Origin: Bacillota bacterium
Lineage (GTDB): Bacteria; Bacillota; DTU025
Length of the DNA stretch: 64,000 bases
NCBI GenBank assembly: GCA_050951805.1
Contig: JBMNJT010000002.1
Location: 1,184,001-1,248,000, forward strand
Reading direction: 5' to 3'
Shown: one piece after another, positions 9,797 to 20,087 of the stretch
Layout: the number at the start of each line of letters is the position of its first letter
How positions within the stretch are numbered: position 1 is the stretch's first letter
Program-made: the position numbers and the translations under genes
Notes under the pieces: model-generated
Database searches by the model: none
What the model was told of the DNA's origin: nothing
The model's input: the letters and a program-made list of their open reading frames with translations, nothing else

Positions 9797-10636
9797 ATGA
9801 AAGGGGGGGGTCTTACGAAAAGGGCGGGAATCGTAGTGCACGCGGCAAAACCGGAGGCAAGAAGGCTGGCTGGCCACGTAGAGGAGTGGATGCGTGGGGC
9901 AGGGGTCGACGTGGTCATCGACGATTGTCTGGATCGACCGCTTCCGGAAGATATCGATTGCGCTATTGTCCTTGGAGGAGATGGAACCCTTCTCTCTGCT
10001 GCTAGGCGGGCTGCAACCAGGGGAATTCCGATTTTAGGGGTTAATCTGGGGAACCTTGGTTTTCTCACGGAGGTGGAACCATCGCAGCTCGAACCGGCCC
10101 TTCGAGCTCTTGTTGATGGAAACTACACCGTCGAAGAGCGAACAATGGTTGAGGCTGTCGTTTTCCGCAATGGACAGGCTGTCAAGACTCTTTGCGGCCT
10201 TAACGACGTGGTCATTACCAAGGGGGCTTTTGCCAGAATAGTTCAGCTTGGGGTATTCGTGAATGATGCATATTTCGCCACCTTCCCCGCGGACGGGGTT
10301 ATCATATCGAGCCCTACAGGATCCACTGCCTACTCACTATCGGCAGGCGGACCTCTGATCAATCCCAACATCGATGTTCTTCTCATCACTCCAATCTGTC
10401 CGCACAGCCTTTTCTCGCGTTCTCTTGTGATTGCAGGGAGCGATAAGGTGCGGGTTTTGGTGGAGACGGCCCATGAAGACGTGGCGGTTACCGTCGACGG
10501 TCAGATCGGGTTCGAACTCCAGTCAATGGACGAAATAGTGGTTGGCAGGGCTCCGTACGTGACGAGGTTTGTCAGGCTTGAGACCAGGAATTTTTACGGG
10601 ATACTGAGGGAAAGGCTCAAGCGGGACCGCTTGTAA
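9797..10636 (+). CDS. nadK: NAD(+) kinase
   Basis: LGGDGT, NLGNLGFL, LNDVVI, DGVIISSPTGSTAYSLSAGGP. Confidence 0.96.
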   Translation: MKGGGLTKRAGIVVHAAKPEARRLAGHVEEWMRGAGVDVVIDDCLDRPLPEDIDCAIVLGGDGTLLSAARRAATRGIPILGVNLGNLGFLTEVEPSQLEPALRALVDGNYTVEERTMVEAVVFRNGQAVKTLCGLNDVVITKGAFARIVQLGVFVNDAYFATFPADGVIISSPTGSTAYSLSAGGPLINPNIDVLLITPICPHSLFSRSLVIAGSDKVRVLVETAHEDVAVTVDGQIGFELQSMDEIVVGRAPYVTRFVRLETRNFYGILRERLKRDRL

Positions 10637-10679
10637 TGGCGGGCCGCAGAGGAAAAGGCATGTGCGGGAGGCGTCGGAG

Positions 10680-11129
10680 GTGAAAGCAAGAAGACACCAG
10701 AGGATTCTGGATATTGTCAGATCGCAAACGATAAAGACTCAGGAGGAATTGGCTGAGGAACTTGCGCGAGAGGGTATTACTGTTACGCAGGCCACAATCT
10801 CACGCGACATAAAAGAACTCCGGCTGATAAAAGCGCCTGTGGGCGACGGCACTTATCGGTACACGATCCCGACCGATCGCAGCATAGAAGATATAAACAG
10901 GCGGGTAGAACGCATCTTCCGCGAAGTTATAATAAGCATTGAAGACAGCGAAAACATTATAGTCATAAAAACATTGGAAGGCGCTGCTCAGGCGGTTGCC
11001 GCGGTCCTGGATGACCTGGCATGGCGAGAAATAGTAGGGTCTTTGGCGGGCGACGACACAATATTGCTCATTATCAAACCGGTTCAGTCCGTGCCCGATG
11101 TGATGTCCCGGCTGAACAAGTTCCGATAA
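10680..11129 (+). CDS. argR: Arginine repressor
   Basis: TQEELAEEL, VTQATISRDIKEL, GSLAGDDTILLI. Confidence 0.96.
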   Translation: MKARRHQRILDIVRSQTIKTQEELAEELAREGITVTQATISRDIKELRLIKAPVGDGTYRYTIPTDRSIEDINRRVERIFREVIISIEDSENIIVIKTLEGAAQAVAAVLDDLAWREIVGSLAGDDTILLIIKPVQSVPDVMSRLNKFR

Positions 11130-11190
11130 TAGGGCAGGCCGGTTGTGTGAGCAGGCTGTTGCTGGTCGCCGCGTCTTTGGGGGCAAGGCG

Positions 11191-12910
11191 ATGCTTTCGG
11201 AAATAGATGTGCGGAACTACGCGCTTATAGAACGGCTGTCACTGAGATTCGGAAATGGATTCAATGTTCTCACAGGGGAGACCGGCGCCGGAAAATCGCT
11301 GGTTATAGACTGTGTGGGCCTTGTTATTGGTGGAAGGGCTTCCTCTGAATCTGTCCGTGCCGGCTGCGATTCTGCTGTGGTGGAGGCTGTTTTCAATATA
11401 TCGGATGTGCCCGATGTGGAAGCGCTCCTGCTCGAACAGGGCATAGATCCTGAGCCTGATGGGACGCTCATCGTGACTCGGGAAGTTTCTAGGCAGGGGC
11501 GTTCACGTTGCAGGCTGAATGGCCGCATTGTGACCTTGACCGCGCTGTCGGCCATAGGCGAGCGCTTGGTCGACATATATGGGCAACATGAATACCAATC
11601 TCTCGCCAGACCATCCCGGCATATCGGCCTGCTCGACGCCTTTGGCGGAGCCCGGTTGGAGCAGGTTCGGGATTCAGTCCGCCAGCTTTATGAAGAATGG
11701 CGCGGATGCGAGGAGGAATTGGCCGAGCTGCGCCAGCATGCTCGGGAGCGCGCACAGCGCGCCGATCTTCTCGCCTTTCAAGTCAATGAAATAGAATCTG
11801 CCAATCTCGAGCCCGGCGAGGATGTTCACCTCGTCGCGGAGCAGACAGTACTAGCCAACGCTGAAAGCCTTTACGACGCCGTCGTTCGCGCTTACAGCCT
11901 CATCTATGAATCCTCTTATCCTGATATCGCATCAGCCCGCGACATGTTGGGCGAGGCTCTCGAGGAACTGGACAATGCGTCTCGAATCGACGGGACATTG
12001 ACTTCTCTTGCCGAGAGCTTGTCTGCATTGTGCGACCACACCACAGAGATATCCCGCGCCCTCAGGGAATACCGCGACTCAATCGAATTCGACCCGGAAA
12101 GACTTGCCGAGGTGGAAGAGAGGCTTTCCGCAATTTCGAGGTTGAAACGGAAGTACGGCGATTCGCTGGCAGATGTTATAGACCACGGGCAACTTGCCCG
12201 TGAGGAGCTGGAGTCCATGACAGGAGCAGGGCGTCGCGTGGACGAGCTGGAAGGTCGTTCAGCGGCCCTCTCGGAGGAGTTGGGCAACTGCGCCTCCAAG
12301 CTCTCTGCGATGAGATGCGAAATAGCGGCCGAGCTTGAGAAGGAGGTCTCCAGGGAGCTGCGGGACCTGTCCATGCCCCATGCAGTCTTTAAAGTTGATG
12401 TAGACAGGAAAAAGGGATGGACACGAGATAGTTGTGGATGGCACGCCCGTTGTAATCGGTCCTGACGGCTTTGACAATGTGGAATTTCTGTTTTCAGCTA
12501 ACCCGGGAGAGGAACCGAGGCCTCTTGCGCGTATAGCCAGCGGAGGAGAGATGTCCCGGGTTATGTTGGCGATCAAGTCTGTGCTAGCTGTAGCGGATGC
12601 TATGCCGACCATGGTCTTCGACGAAGTGGATGCGGGAATCGGGGGCGAGGCGGCGATAGCTGTCGCGTCAAAGCTTGCGAATATAGGCAAAGTTCGGCAG
12701 GTGCTTGCGGTAACCCATTTGCCGCAAATTGCCGCGGTGGCCGACAATCATTACGCTGTTTCCAAGCTGGAAAGGAGTGGGAGGACGGAGGTGACAGTGG
12801 AAAAGCTCGATATCGAGGAGAGGGTGACGGAGGTAGCGAGGATGCTGGCTGGCGAGGCTCCATCATCTGTGACCGTGGCACATGCCCGGGAGATGCTTTC
12901 TCGGCGCTAG
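11191..12910 (+). pseudogene. recN: DNA repair protein RecN, split by a +1 frameshift at the A5 run near 12409-12413 (true mutation or sequencing error)
   Basis: GETGAGKS and IYGQHEYQSL in the first ORF; SANPGE, IASGGEMSR, FDEVDAGIGG and VTHLPQIA in the second ORF. Confidence 0.85.
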
Positions 12911-12982
12911 GGATGAAGGAGTTGGCATGCCTATGTTGAAGAATTGCGAAAGAAAGCATTTTGTGTCAGGAGGAGGGAGGGC

Positions 12983-13330
12983 TTGGGCCGCTTCACAGGT
13001 GGCCTACGGCCGAGCAAGGTGAGATTGAAGGACCATCCCATACTGGACTTTTCTGCCGGACAGGAGGTTGCATTTACTTTCGACGGGAAAAAGTTAAAAG
13101 GGATTGATGGGGAGCCAATAGCTGCCGCTCTCCATGCCAATGGTGTTCGTGTCCTCCGACACAGTCCAGTTAGTGGACGTGCACGGGGGTTTTTCTGTGC
13201 TATAGGCAATTGCTCGTCATGCTTGATGACTGTAGATGGCGTGCCGAACGTGCGTGTGTGCACAGAACCGCTGAGAGAGGGAATGGTAGTCGAAACTCAG
13301 AAAGGCCACGGCCAGCTGCCCATCGACTGA
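12983..13330 (+). CDS. (2Fe-2S)-binding protein, sarcosine oxidase/proline dehydrogenase alpha N-terminal-like
   Basis: HPILDF, GEPIAAALHANG, RGFFCAIGNCSSCLMTVDGVPNVRVC; start could be GTG at 13019. Confidence 0.85.
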   Translation: MGRFTGGLRPSKVRLKDHPILDFSAGQEVAFTFDGKKLKGIDGEPIAAALHANGVRVLRHSPVSGRARGFFCAIGNCSSCLMTVDGVPNVRVCTEPLREGMVVETQKGHGQLPID

Positions 13331-13352
13331 GGCGGGCCGAGCAGCAAGGACG

Positions 13353-14456
13353 GTGAACCTGTTGAAGGAAGTTGACATTGCTGTGATTGGCGCAGGCCCA
13401 GCGGGGCTTGCAGCTGCACTGGCGTGCGCCGAAGCGGGTGCGTCTACTCTGCTCATTGACGCAAATGATGTCCCAGGGGGTCAGCTTGTAAAGCAGACTC
13501 ATAAGTTCTTTGGATCAGAACGGCAGCACGCTGGAACAAGGGGGATTCAGATTCCGGAGCTTTTCGCAAAGAAGCTCGTGGAACATCCCAATGTAGAGAC
13601 TATGTGGGATACGACCGCATCGGGCTATTATGATTCCGGAGAGCTCGTGGTGGAGGATGGAAAGAGATTCATTAAGATTCTGCCAAAGCGCTTGATAGTG
13701 TCGACAGGCGCTTCCGAGAGATTCGTCCTTTTCGAGAACAATGACTTGCCCGGAGTGTACGGCGCCGGCGCGGTTCAGACTCTGATGAACGTTTATGGAG
13801 TCGTTCCCGGCGACCGGGTGTTGATGGTGGGTTCGGGCAATATCGGACTTATCGTCAGCTATCAGCTTATCCAGGCTGGTGTGGACGTGGCGGCCGTGAT
13901 CGAGGCCGCGCCGTGCATAGGAGGCTACCTAGTTCACGCGGCGAAGTTGCGCAGAGCTGGAGTGCCAATACTTACTTCCCACACCATTGTGGCAGCTCAC
14001 GGCGAAGAGTGTGTGACAGGCGCCACTATTGCGAAGGTAGACGAAAAATGGCAAGCAATTCCAGGCACTGAGTGCGAGATAGAATGCGATGTGATATGCC
14101 TAGCCGTGGGGCTGATGCCCTTGGTTGATATCCTGTGGCAGGCAGGGTGCGAGATGAAGTACGCGCCGGAGTTGGGCGGACACGTGCCTGTTCGCGACGA
14201 TAACATGCGCACTTCAAATCCTAATGTATATGTTGCAGGCGATTCGGGAGGAGTCGAAGAGGCCAGTTCGGCGATGATAACCGGCGAGATAGCCGGCATA
14301 AGCGCGGCTGAATCCCTCGGACTTAAGGCGCCGGAAGCAGACGCGAGGCTCGCACAACTCAAGGCGGATCTTGCAGCCATCAGATCGGGACCGGCTGGCG
14401 AAAAGATCTGTGCCGGAGTATGTCGTGCGACGGTGTGCGGAGGTGTTTGGGAATGA
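13353..14456 (+). CDS. NAD(P)/FAD-dependent oxidoreductase (sarcosine oxidase/proline dehydrogenase alpha-like)
   Basis: IGAGPAGL, GGQLVKQTHKFFGS, NNDLPGVYGAGAVQTLMN, VGSGNIG, AGD. Confidence 0.88.
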   Translation: MNLLKEVDIAVIGAGPAGLAAALACAEAGASTLLIDANDVPGGQLVKQTHKFFGSERQHAGTRGIQIPELFAKKLVEHPNVETMWDTTASGYYDSGELVVEDGKRFIKILPKRLIVSTGASERFVLFENNDLPGVYGAGAVQTLMNVYGVVPGDRVLMVGSGNIGLIVSYQLIQAGVDVAAVIEAAPCIGGYLVHAAKLRRAGVPILTSHTIVAAHGEECVTGATIAKVDEKWQAIPGTECEIECDVICLAVGLMPLVDILWQAGCEMKYAPELGGHVPVRDDNMRTSNPNVYVAGDSGGVEEASSAMITGEIAGISAAESLGLKAPEADARLAQLKADLAAIRSGPAGEKICAGVCRATVCGGVWE

Positions 14457-14749
14457 CCGACCGACCGGAACGGATAGATGACGACGTGATAGTATGCAGG
14501 TGCGAGGACGTTACCTTGGGCGATATTCGTCGTCTGATAGCAAATGGTTATCACACAATAGATGAGATCAAGCGCATTTCCCGCGCAGGCATGGGCCAAT
14601 GCCAGGGCAGAACGTGCAGGCATCTTATTGCGCGAGAGCTTGCTGCGGCCCTTGGCGTGTCAGTGGAGGAAGTGGAGATGCCGACTTTCAGGCCGCCTAC
14701 GAGGCCTGTGTTACTATCCACAATTGCAAGGGGCGAAGGCGATGAGTAA
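14453..14749 (+). CDS. BFD-like (2Fe-2S) protein
   Basis: IVCRCEDVT, RAGMGQCQGRTC, TFRPPTRP. Confidence 0.88.
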   Translation: MTDRPERIDDDVIVCRCEDVTLGDIRRLIANGYHTIDEIKRISRAGMGQCQGRTCRHLIARELAAALGVSVEEVEMPTFRPPTRPVLLSTIARGEGDE

Positions 14750-15896
14750 AAAGAGCGCTGATATCGTCGTAATAGGCGGCGGGGTGGTCGGGTGCGCAAC
14801 AGCCTTTGAGCTCGCTCGCTTGGGTTGCAAAGACATAGTGCTTGTAGAGCGGAACACGATTGCTTCAGGGTCAACAGGGAGATGCGGCGCGGGTGTAAGG
14901 CAGCAGTTTGGGACGGAACTCAACTGCGTGCTGGCTCGCGAGTCTGTCAGGATCTTCGAACAGATGGACGAGTATCTCGATTACAAGCCAGGTGTTGAGT
15001 TCAGGCAGAGCGGCTATTTGATGCTCGCTTATTCGGATTCCCAGTGGGAGCAGTTCAGACGCAATGTAAAACTCGAGCGTAGCTTGGACATTGACGTGGA
15101 GATGCTCACGCCTGAAGGCGCGAGGGAGATAGTTCCTTTCCTTAACCTTGAGGGTATGGTCGGAGCTACGTTCTGCCAGACGGACGGGCACGCCAATCCG
15201 TTCCATACAGCGTTCGCATATGCGCAGGCTGCAAAGAGGCTCGGTGCAGAGGTTCTTACTCACACTTCTGTGGTCGACATAGAGGTGGAAAACAACCGCA
15301 TAAAGGCGGTTGTGACCGATAAAGGGAGGATCGAAACGTCAGCAGTTGTCAACTGCGCTGGGGCATATTCTGCTAAGATAGCCGCAATGGCAGGCATCGA
15401 TTTGCCGGTATGGGGCGAGCGGCATCAGATCCTAATAACGGAGCCGGTTGAGGCTATGATGGGACCGATGGTCATCTCTTTCCACCATGATTTCTACTGT
15501 CAGCAGACACCCCACGGAAGTTTCATCATGGGAATAGGCATGCCGGGGGAGCCTAAGAGCTTCAACATACACTCATCCGTGGATTTTCTCGAAGGGATGG
15601 CAAAGACTGTAATGAAGATCCTGCCCCCCCTAGGCAACCTCAGGGTTGTCCGCCAGTGGGCGGGCCTTTATGACAGGTCTCCAGATGCTCAACCGATATT
15701 GGGCGAGTGTCCGCCTGTGGAGCGTTTTTACAATGCCAATGGTTTTTCGGGGCACGGTTTCATGGTTGCGCCCATCGTTGGGCGGGCTATGGCAGAGCTT
15801 ATCATGCTCGGCAAACCTTCTGTCGATATAAGCAAATTAGATGCTGGAAGATTTGAACGAGGCGAACTCGTTTTGGAACCGGCGGTAGTCGGATAA
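14742..15896 (+). CDS. FAD-dependent oxidoreductase (DAO family; sarcosine oxidase/proline dehydrogenase beta-like)
   Basis: IGGGVVG, GSTGRCGAGVRQQF, RQWAGLYD, GFSGHGFM. Confidence 0.9.
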   Translation: MSKKSADIVVIGGGVVGCATAFELARLGCKDIVLVERNTIASGSTGRCGAGVRQQFGTELNCVLARESVRIFEQMDEYLDYKPGVEFRQSGYLMLAYSDSQWEQFRRNVKLERSLDIDVEMLTPEGAREIVPFLNLEGMVGATFCQTDGHANPFHTAFAYAQAAKRLGAEVLTHTSVVDIEVENNRIKAVVTDKGRIETSAVVNCAGAYSAKIAAMAGIDLPVWGERHQILITEPVEAMMGPMVISFHHDFYCQQTPHGSFIMGIGMPGEPKSFNIHSSVDFLEGMAKTVMKILPPLGNLRVVRQWAGLYDRSPDAQPILGECPPVERFYNANGFSGHGFMVAPIVGRAMAELIMLGKPSVDISKLDAGRFERGELVLEPAVVG

Positions 15897-15984
15897 ACCT
15901 AGAGGAATTTCCCCAGATAACGTAGAAGAATGGAGGAGCGTCCAAACATCACAAGCGGGCGCATTTGTCGGTAGAGGGGGAGCT

Positions 15985-16611
15985 ATGGCGATGCTAAAAT
16001 ACATAAAAGCCGGCGGACCAGTCATGTACCCAATCATTTTTGTGTCAATAATCGGACTAGCCGTCGTCATCGAGAAGATCATCCAACTTTTCCATACACA
16101 AACAGACTCGGATCGCATCATGCGCTCGGTCAAACTCAACCTTGCACAGGGACGCCCCGTAGAGGCAATGCAGGCCGTAAAGAATGAAAAAGGGCCTATC
16201 GCGGGCGTTGCCCGCGCCGCTATAGCAAATTACGATAAACCCCGTGAACAGATCAGGGCGGCGGTAGAAGCCGCAGGCCGGGAAGAGGTATTCATGATGG
16301 AGCGGAAGATGAACGTGCTCGACGGTGTCATCACGCTTGCACCTCTTCTCGGCCTTCTCGGAACCGTTACTGGCCTCATCAAGAGCTTTCAGGTCCTGTC
16401 GGCGTTCGGGGGCCTCACTACGCCGGCACAGCTTTCGGGCGGCATCGCGGAAGCGATGATCACGACTGCTGCAGGGCTCATCGTTGCCACGCCTCTGGTT
16501 ATCATTGAAAGTTGGCTCTCAGTGGTGATAGACGACAGAGTGGCAGACATGGAGAAGTACGCCATTGAGCTCATAGCGTTGGCGGCAGGCGAAGATGAGG
16601 GGGACCAGTGA
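15985..16611 (+). CDS. exbB: MotA/TolQ/ExbB proton channel protein
   Basis: GGPVMYPI, APLLGLLGTVTGLI, GIAEAMITTAAGL. Confidence 0.9.
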   Translation: MAMLKYIKAGGPVMYPIIFVSIIGLAVVIEKIIQLFHTQTDSDRIMRSVKLNLAQGRPVEAMQAVKNEKGPIAGVARAAIANYDKPREQIRAAVEAAGREEVFMMERKMNVLDGVITLAPLLGLLGTVTGLIKSFQVLSAFGGLTTPAQLSGGIAEAMITTAAGLIVATPLVIIESWLSVVIDDRVADMEKYAIELIALAAGEDEGDQ

Positions 16612-17039
16612 TGTTCGAGAATCACCGTGCAAAGAGAAGGTTAGGCCATGTGATAATAACGCCGCTCATCGACGTCATGTTCTATCTAGTCGCTTTCTTG
16701 CTGGTTTTCGGCACATTCCGAACGGAGACCACTGGAATGCCTATGGAGCTTCCAAGGGCTGCAACTCCGAGCGATCTTGCTCGCGAACACATCATCGTGG
16801 CTATCGATTCGAGCGGGCGAATCTACTATGACGAACGGATTGTGGTCGACGGCGAGCTTACCACCGGGCTATTGCCGAGACTAGCTGCGAACCCTGATCG
16901 CCTCGTCATCATAAAGGCGGACAAGTCAGTCACTTATGAAAGACTCATTCAGGTAATCGACGCGATCAGGATGGCCGGCGGAGTCCACCTGGCTCTTGCC
17001 GTCGAACGTGCTCCGCAATCGGGCGGTGTTGAGAGATGA
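16608..17039 (+). CDS. exbD: ExbD/TolR biopolymer transport protein
   Basis: ITPLIDVMFYLVAF with the conserved Asp; LPRA; IIKADKSVTY. Confidence 0.9.
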   Translation: MMFENHRAKRRLGHVIITPLIDVMFYLVAFLLVFGTFRTETTGMPMELPRAATPSDLAREHIIVAIDSSGRIYYDERIVVDGELTTGLLPRLAANPDRLVIIKADKSVTYERLIQVIDAIRMAGGVHLALAVERAPQSGGVER

Positions 17040-18019
17040 TCCAGAGTCGGCAGACTCAAGGTCAGTTGGAGAGCTTGCTGATATCGGTGCTCATCCATGC
17101 GGCGATCATATTCCTGGTGCCGTACGTGGCGCCTGCGCCAACCGTGGATGTGTATCCGCTCGACGTTGCGGGGGTCATAGAGATATCCGCAATTGAAACA
17201 GAGCCTGCCTCCCCGGCACCTGCGCCAGGGCTCAATGTGAAGGAAGTTGCGCCAACGCCGGCGTCGGAGCCTCCAAAGGCAGCGCCGACGAAGAAGAAAG
17301 ATCCTAAACCTGCGGTAGCACCAGCGCCTGCCGCCAAACCACAGCCTCAGCCAGCGGCTGAGCCGAAACCAGTGGAGAAGACGGAACCGAAGGTCCCAAC
17401 GCCCGCAGTTGACAAGCCCGAAGTTGTTTCGAGTCCAGCAGGAAAGAGCGTTGCCCCGGCTTCGGAACCCGAACCTGTTCCCGCTGCTGCGCCCGCACAG
17501 GTTCCAGAACCGAATTCGACATTGAGCAAGGCTGTCGAGTCGCCGACTGCATCGGCCAAGAGCTATACGGAAGCGAAGCCTGCCTCGGGATCAGGCACTG
17601 TCGGCGGAACGGGTGAAAAACCTCCGACTGCAGGAGATCCTGGAGAAACCGGAGTAGTTCCGCGGCCGGAATACCCAGGTGACGATCGTACGGGATACGG
17701 AATGATAAGTTCTACAGGCGGCGCCGGTCACGGCGTGGTTATACCCAAAGGCGTGCAGAACATCAAGGGTCGGGGAGAAGCAAAAGTTAGGATACGCGTG
17801 ACATCGGACGGAAAGGTCGACTCAGTTAGTTTCTTGATTCCGCCGCCGGATAAGGCTATGGAAAAACCTATCCGCAACGCGATTATGGGGGAATGGGTTT
17901 TCAAACCAGACACAACTTTGGGACGGGAAGACGCCTATTACCTCGATGTATGGATCAGCTATGATGGCGGAACGGAGGATATATCGGTCGAAAGCGAACG
18001 CGTTTCGTATAAAAGGTGA
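17036..18019 (+). CDS. TonB-like energy transducer
   Basis: N-terminal TM with S-x3-H (SVLIH), long Pro/Ala/Lys/Glu-rich spacer, C-terminal GEAKVRIRVTSDGKV...WVFKP resembling TonB_C. Confidence 0.75.
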   Translation: MIQSRQTQGQLESLLISVLIHAAIIFLVPYVAPAPTVDVYPLDVAGVIEISAIETEPASPAPAPGLNVKEVAPTPASEPPKAAPTKKKDPKPAVAPAPAAKPQPQPAAEPKPVEKTEPKVPTPAVDKPEVVSSPAGKSVAPASEPEPVPAAAPAQVPEPNSTLSKAVESPTASAKSYTEAKPASGSGTVGGTGEKPPTAGDPGETGVVPRPEYPGDDRTGYGMISSTGGAGHGVVIPKGVQNIKGRGEAKVRIRVTSDGKVDSVSFLIPPPDKAMEKPIRNAIMGEWVFKPDTTLGREDAYYLDVWISYDGGTEDISVESERVSYKR

Positions 18020-18038
18020 TTGTTGAACGCACGCGGAG

Positions 18039-20063
18039 GTGCCTTATATCATGGTAAGATCATGCAAGGCGCGCGCGGTCGTCACAGCTCTTGTCCTTCT
18101 CTGGTGTGCATTTATCATGCATCCGGGAATCTCACGAGCGGACACTGCGGCGCCTGTTGAGATAAGCAATCAATTCATCAGGATCACCGTGAATCCCGGA
18201 CCCGCAGAGGCGGGTAGGTTTGGATTGGAGACCACTGGGGGCGATCCCCGAAACCCAGCCGACGATGGACTGCCGCTTATTTACGGACGCCCTATGCCGT
18301 GGACTTCCTATACGACGGTTCGCATCGACGGTTCAGATTGGGTCTTCGGCGGGAAAACGACTCGTCGCGCTGGAAGATCAGGTATGTATGGCGAACAGGT
18401 ACGGCCTCCTCAGATAGAGGACGGCAAGGTCGTCTGCAGCTACATGCTGGGAGATATTCTTGTCACCCAGGAACTTTCATTTGTAAAGAGTCCGAGCACG
18501 CGTTACCTCGATACTGCGAGGATCCACTACAAGCTGGAGAATACGGGGAGCGTGACGCGGAGTGTGGGCTTGCGGTTGATGATCGACACGATGCTCGGAG
18601 CCAACGACGGAGCGCCACTCCGTGTCGGTGAAAAGACGATCGTTTCAGATACTATGCTTTCAAGAAGAGAGATACCTGATTATTGGCAAGCCTTTGATTC
18701 CATTGTCGAGCCTTCTGTTACTGCGCAGGGAACAATGGCTGGGGGCGAGCTCACGCCTCCAACTCAGATAGCTTTCTCCGATTGGGGTTCGTTTGCCGAC
18801 AATTTATGGGACGTCAATCTCGTTCACGGCAGGGAATTTGTGCGCGCCAGAGAGTCTGACCTCGATTCTGCGGTCGCGATGTACTGGTCGCCATCGCTTC
18901 TAGCACCCGGGGAAGTGAGGCATTATGTGACATATTATGGCTTGGGCGGGATTACCCTGGCCCCTGGCAAGCTGGCTCTGGGAATGACAGCACCGTCCGA
19001 AGTAGGGCTTTCTGCTGACGGGACGGCCTCGTTCCTCGCAGTGGCCTACGTAAGCAATACCGGGGAAGGGCCGGCTCATGATGTGACTGCTTCTCTGTCG
19101 CTTCCAATCGGGTTTACCCTGGCAGATGGACATGCCAGGACCCGAACGGTTGGCGATCTTGAGCCGGGAGAGACCGCACAGGTAGCATGGCAAGTGATTG
19201 CCTCATGGGGTGCTGTTGGCGGCGGCAACCTAGAGGTCAATGTGAGCGCGACCAACGCCAACCCGAACAAGGTTTCAAGGCGTGTCGAGATACTGGCGCC
19301 TCCGCGCCTGTTGGCGAGGATAAGCCATTTGGAAGCCCTCCAAGTGCGCGGGGAGGAGATCTACCCGTGGCCCGTGAGGCTGACGGTTCGTGTGGAGAAC
19401 ACCGGAGGATCGCCGGCTCATTGGGCCAGGGTCAAGCTGGACTCGATTGGGGGCTTCTCCGTTATCGGAGGCGATGTAACGCAGTTGCTGATTGGGACGT
19501 TGGAACCCAATCGCCCACTCGACTTCACTTGGGTTCTGGGGGGCCATCCCGATGCAGGCACCCACACCATTCTGGTGAGCGCTTCTGCTGATGATGTGCC
19601 GGCGTCGAGCGCTAGCGCATCTATTCAGGTGCCTTTGCTCGTGCCAAAGGTTTGGGTGAAGCCCAGCAAAACACGGGTAATGCCTGGCGACATATTCAGT
19701 GTGGACGTTATGATAACCAATGTCCCTGATCTGAAATCTGCTAAGTTCGATTTGAGGTACGATAATGACTTCGTCGATCTGGCCCTCGTGTCAAGAGGCG
19801 GACTATTTGCTGCAGGCGGTGAGCTCATGCCGTGGAGCGAGGGAGATTCCCGATCGACGCCGGGCCGAGTCGCAGGGACGTGGGGCTCCTTGAATTCGCC
19901 TGGGTATGCTTGGGGCAGCGCGGCAACATTCTACTTCCAGGCGAGAGCAATGGGAGATGCGCGATTTTCCGTAGAAAATCTCGTTCTTTCGGACGCGTCA
20001 GGCAGGGTGATATCGCTGGAATCCGTCCCTACTCCCTGCACGGTTCAGATCACCAGGCAATAA
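18039..20063 (+). CDS. Secreted multidomain protein with Ig-like (CARDB/NEW3-like) domains and a C-terminal cohesin-like domain
   Basis: Signal peptide; VSNTGEGPAHDV...GDLEPGETAQVAW and VENTGGSPA...GTLEPN Ig-like units; GDIFSVDVMITNVPDLKSAKFDLRYD is cohesin-like. Confidence 0.65.
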   Translation: MPYIMVRSCKARAVVTALVLLWCAFIMHPGISRADTAAPVEISNQFIRITVNPGPAEAGRFGLETTGGDPRNPADDGLPLIYGRPMPWTSYTTVRIDGSDWVFGGKTTRRAGRSGMYGEQVRPPQIEDGKVVCSYMLGDILVTQELSFVKSPSTRYLDTARIHYKLENTGSVTRSVGLRLMIDTMLGANDGAPLRVGEKTIVSDTMLSRREIPDYWQAFDSIVEPSVTAQGTMAGGELTPPTQIAFSDWGSFADNLWDVNLVHGREFVRARESDLDSAVAMYWSPSLLAPGEVRHYVTYYGLGGITLAPGKLALGMTAPSEVGLSADGTASFLAVAYVSNTGEGPAHDVTASLSLPIGFTLADGHARTRTVGDLEPGETAQVAWQVIASWGAVGGGNLEVNVSATNANPNKVSRRVEILAPPRLLARISHLEALQVRGEEIYPWPVRLTVRVENTGGSPAHWARVKLDSIGGFSVIGGDVTQLLIGTLEPNRPLDFTWVLGGHPDAGTHTILVSASADDVPASSASASIQVPLLVPKVWVKPSKTRVMPGDIFSVDVMITNVPDLKSAKFDLRYDNDFVDLALVSRGGLFAAGGELMPWSEGDSRSTPGRVAGTWGSLNSPGYAWGSAATFYFQARAMGDARFSVENLVLSDASGRVISLESVPTPCTVQITRQ

Positions 20064-20087
20064 CATCAACGGTCAAATGGGGGGGTC

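Noticed and set aside
17200-17660. Pro/Ala/Lys-rich quasi-repeats
   Set aside because: Normal TonB periplasmic spacer, not an independent repeat element
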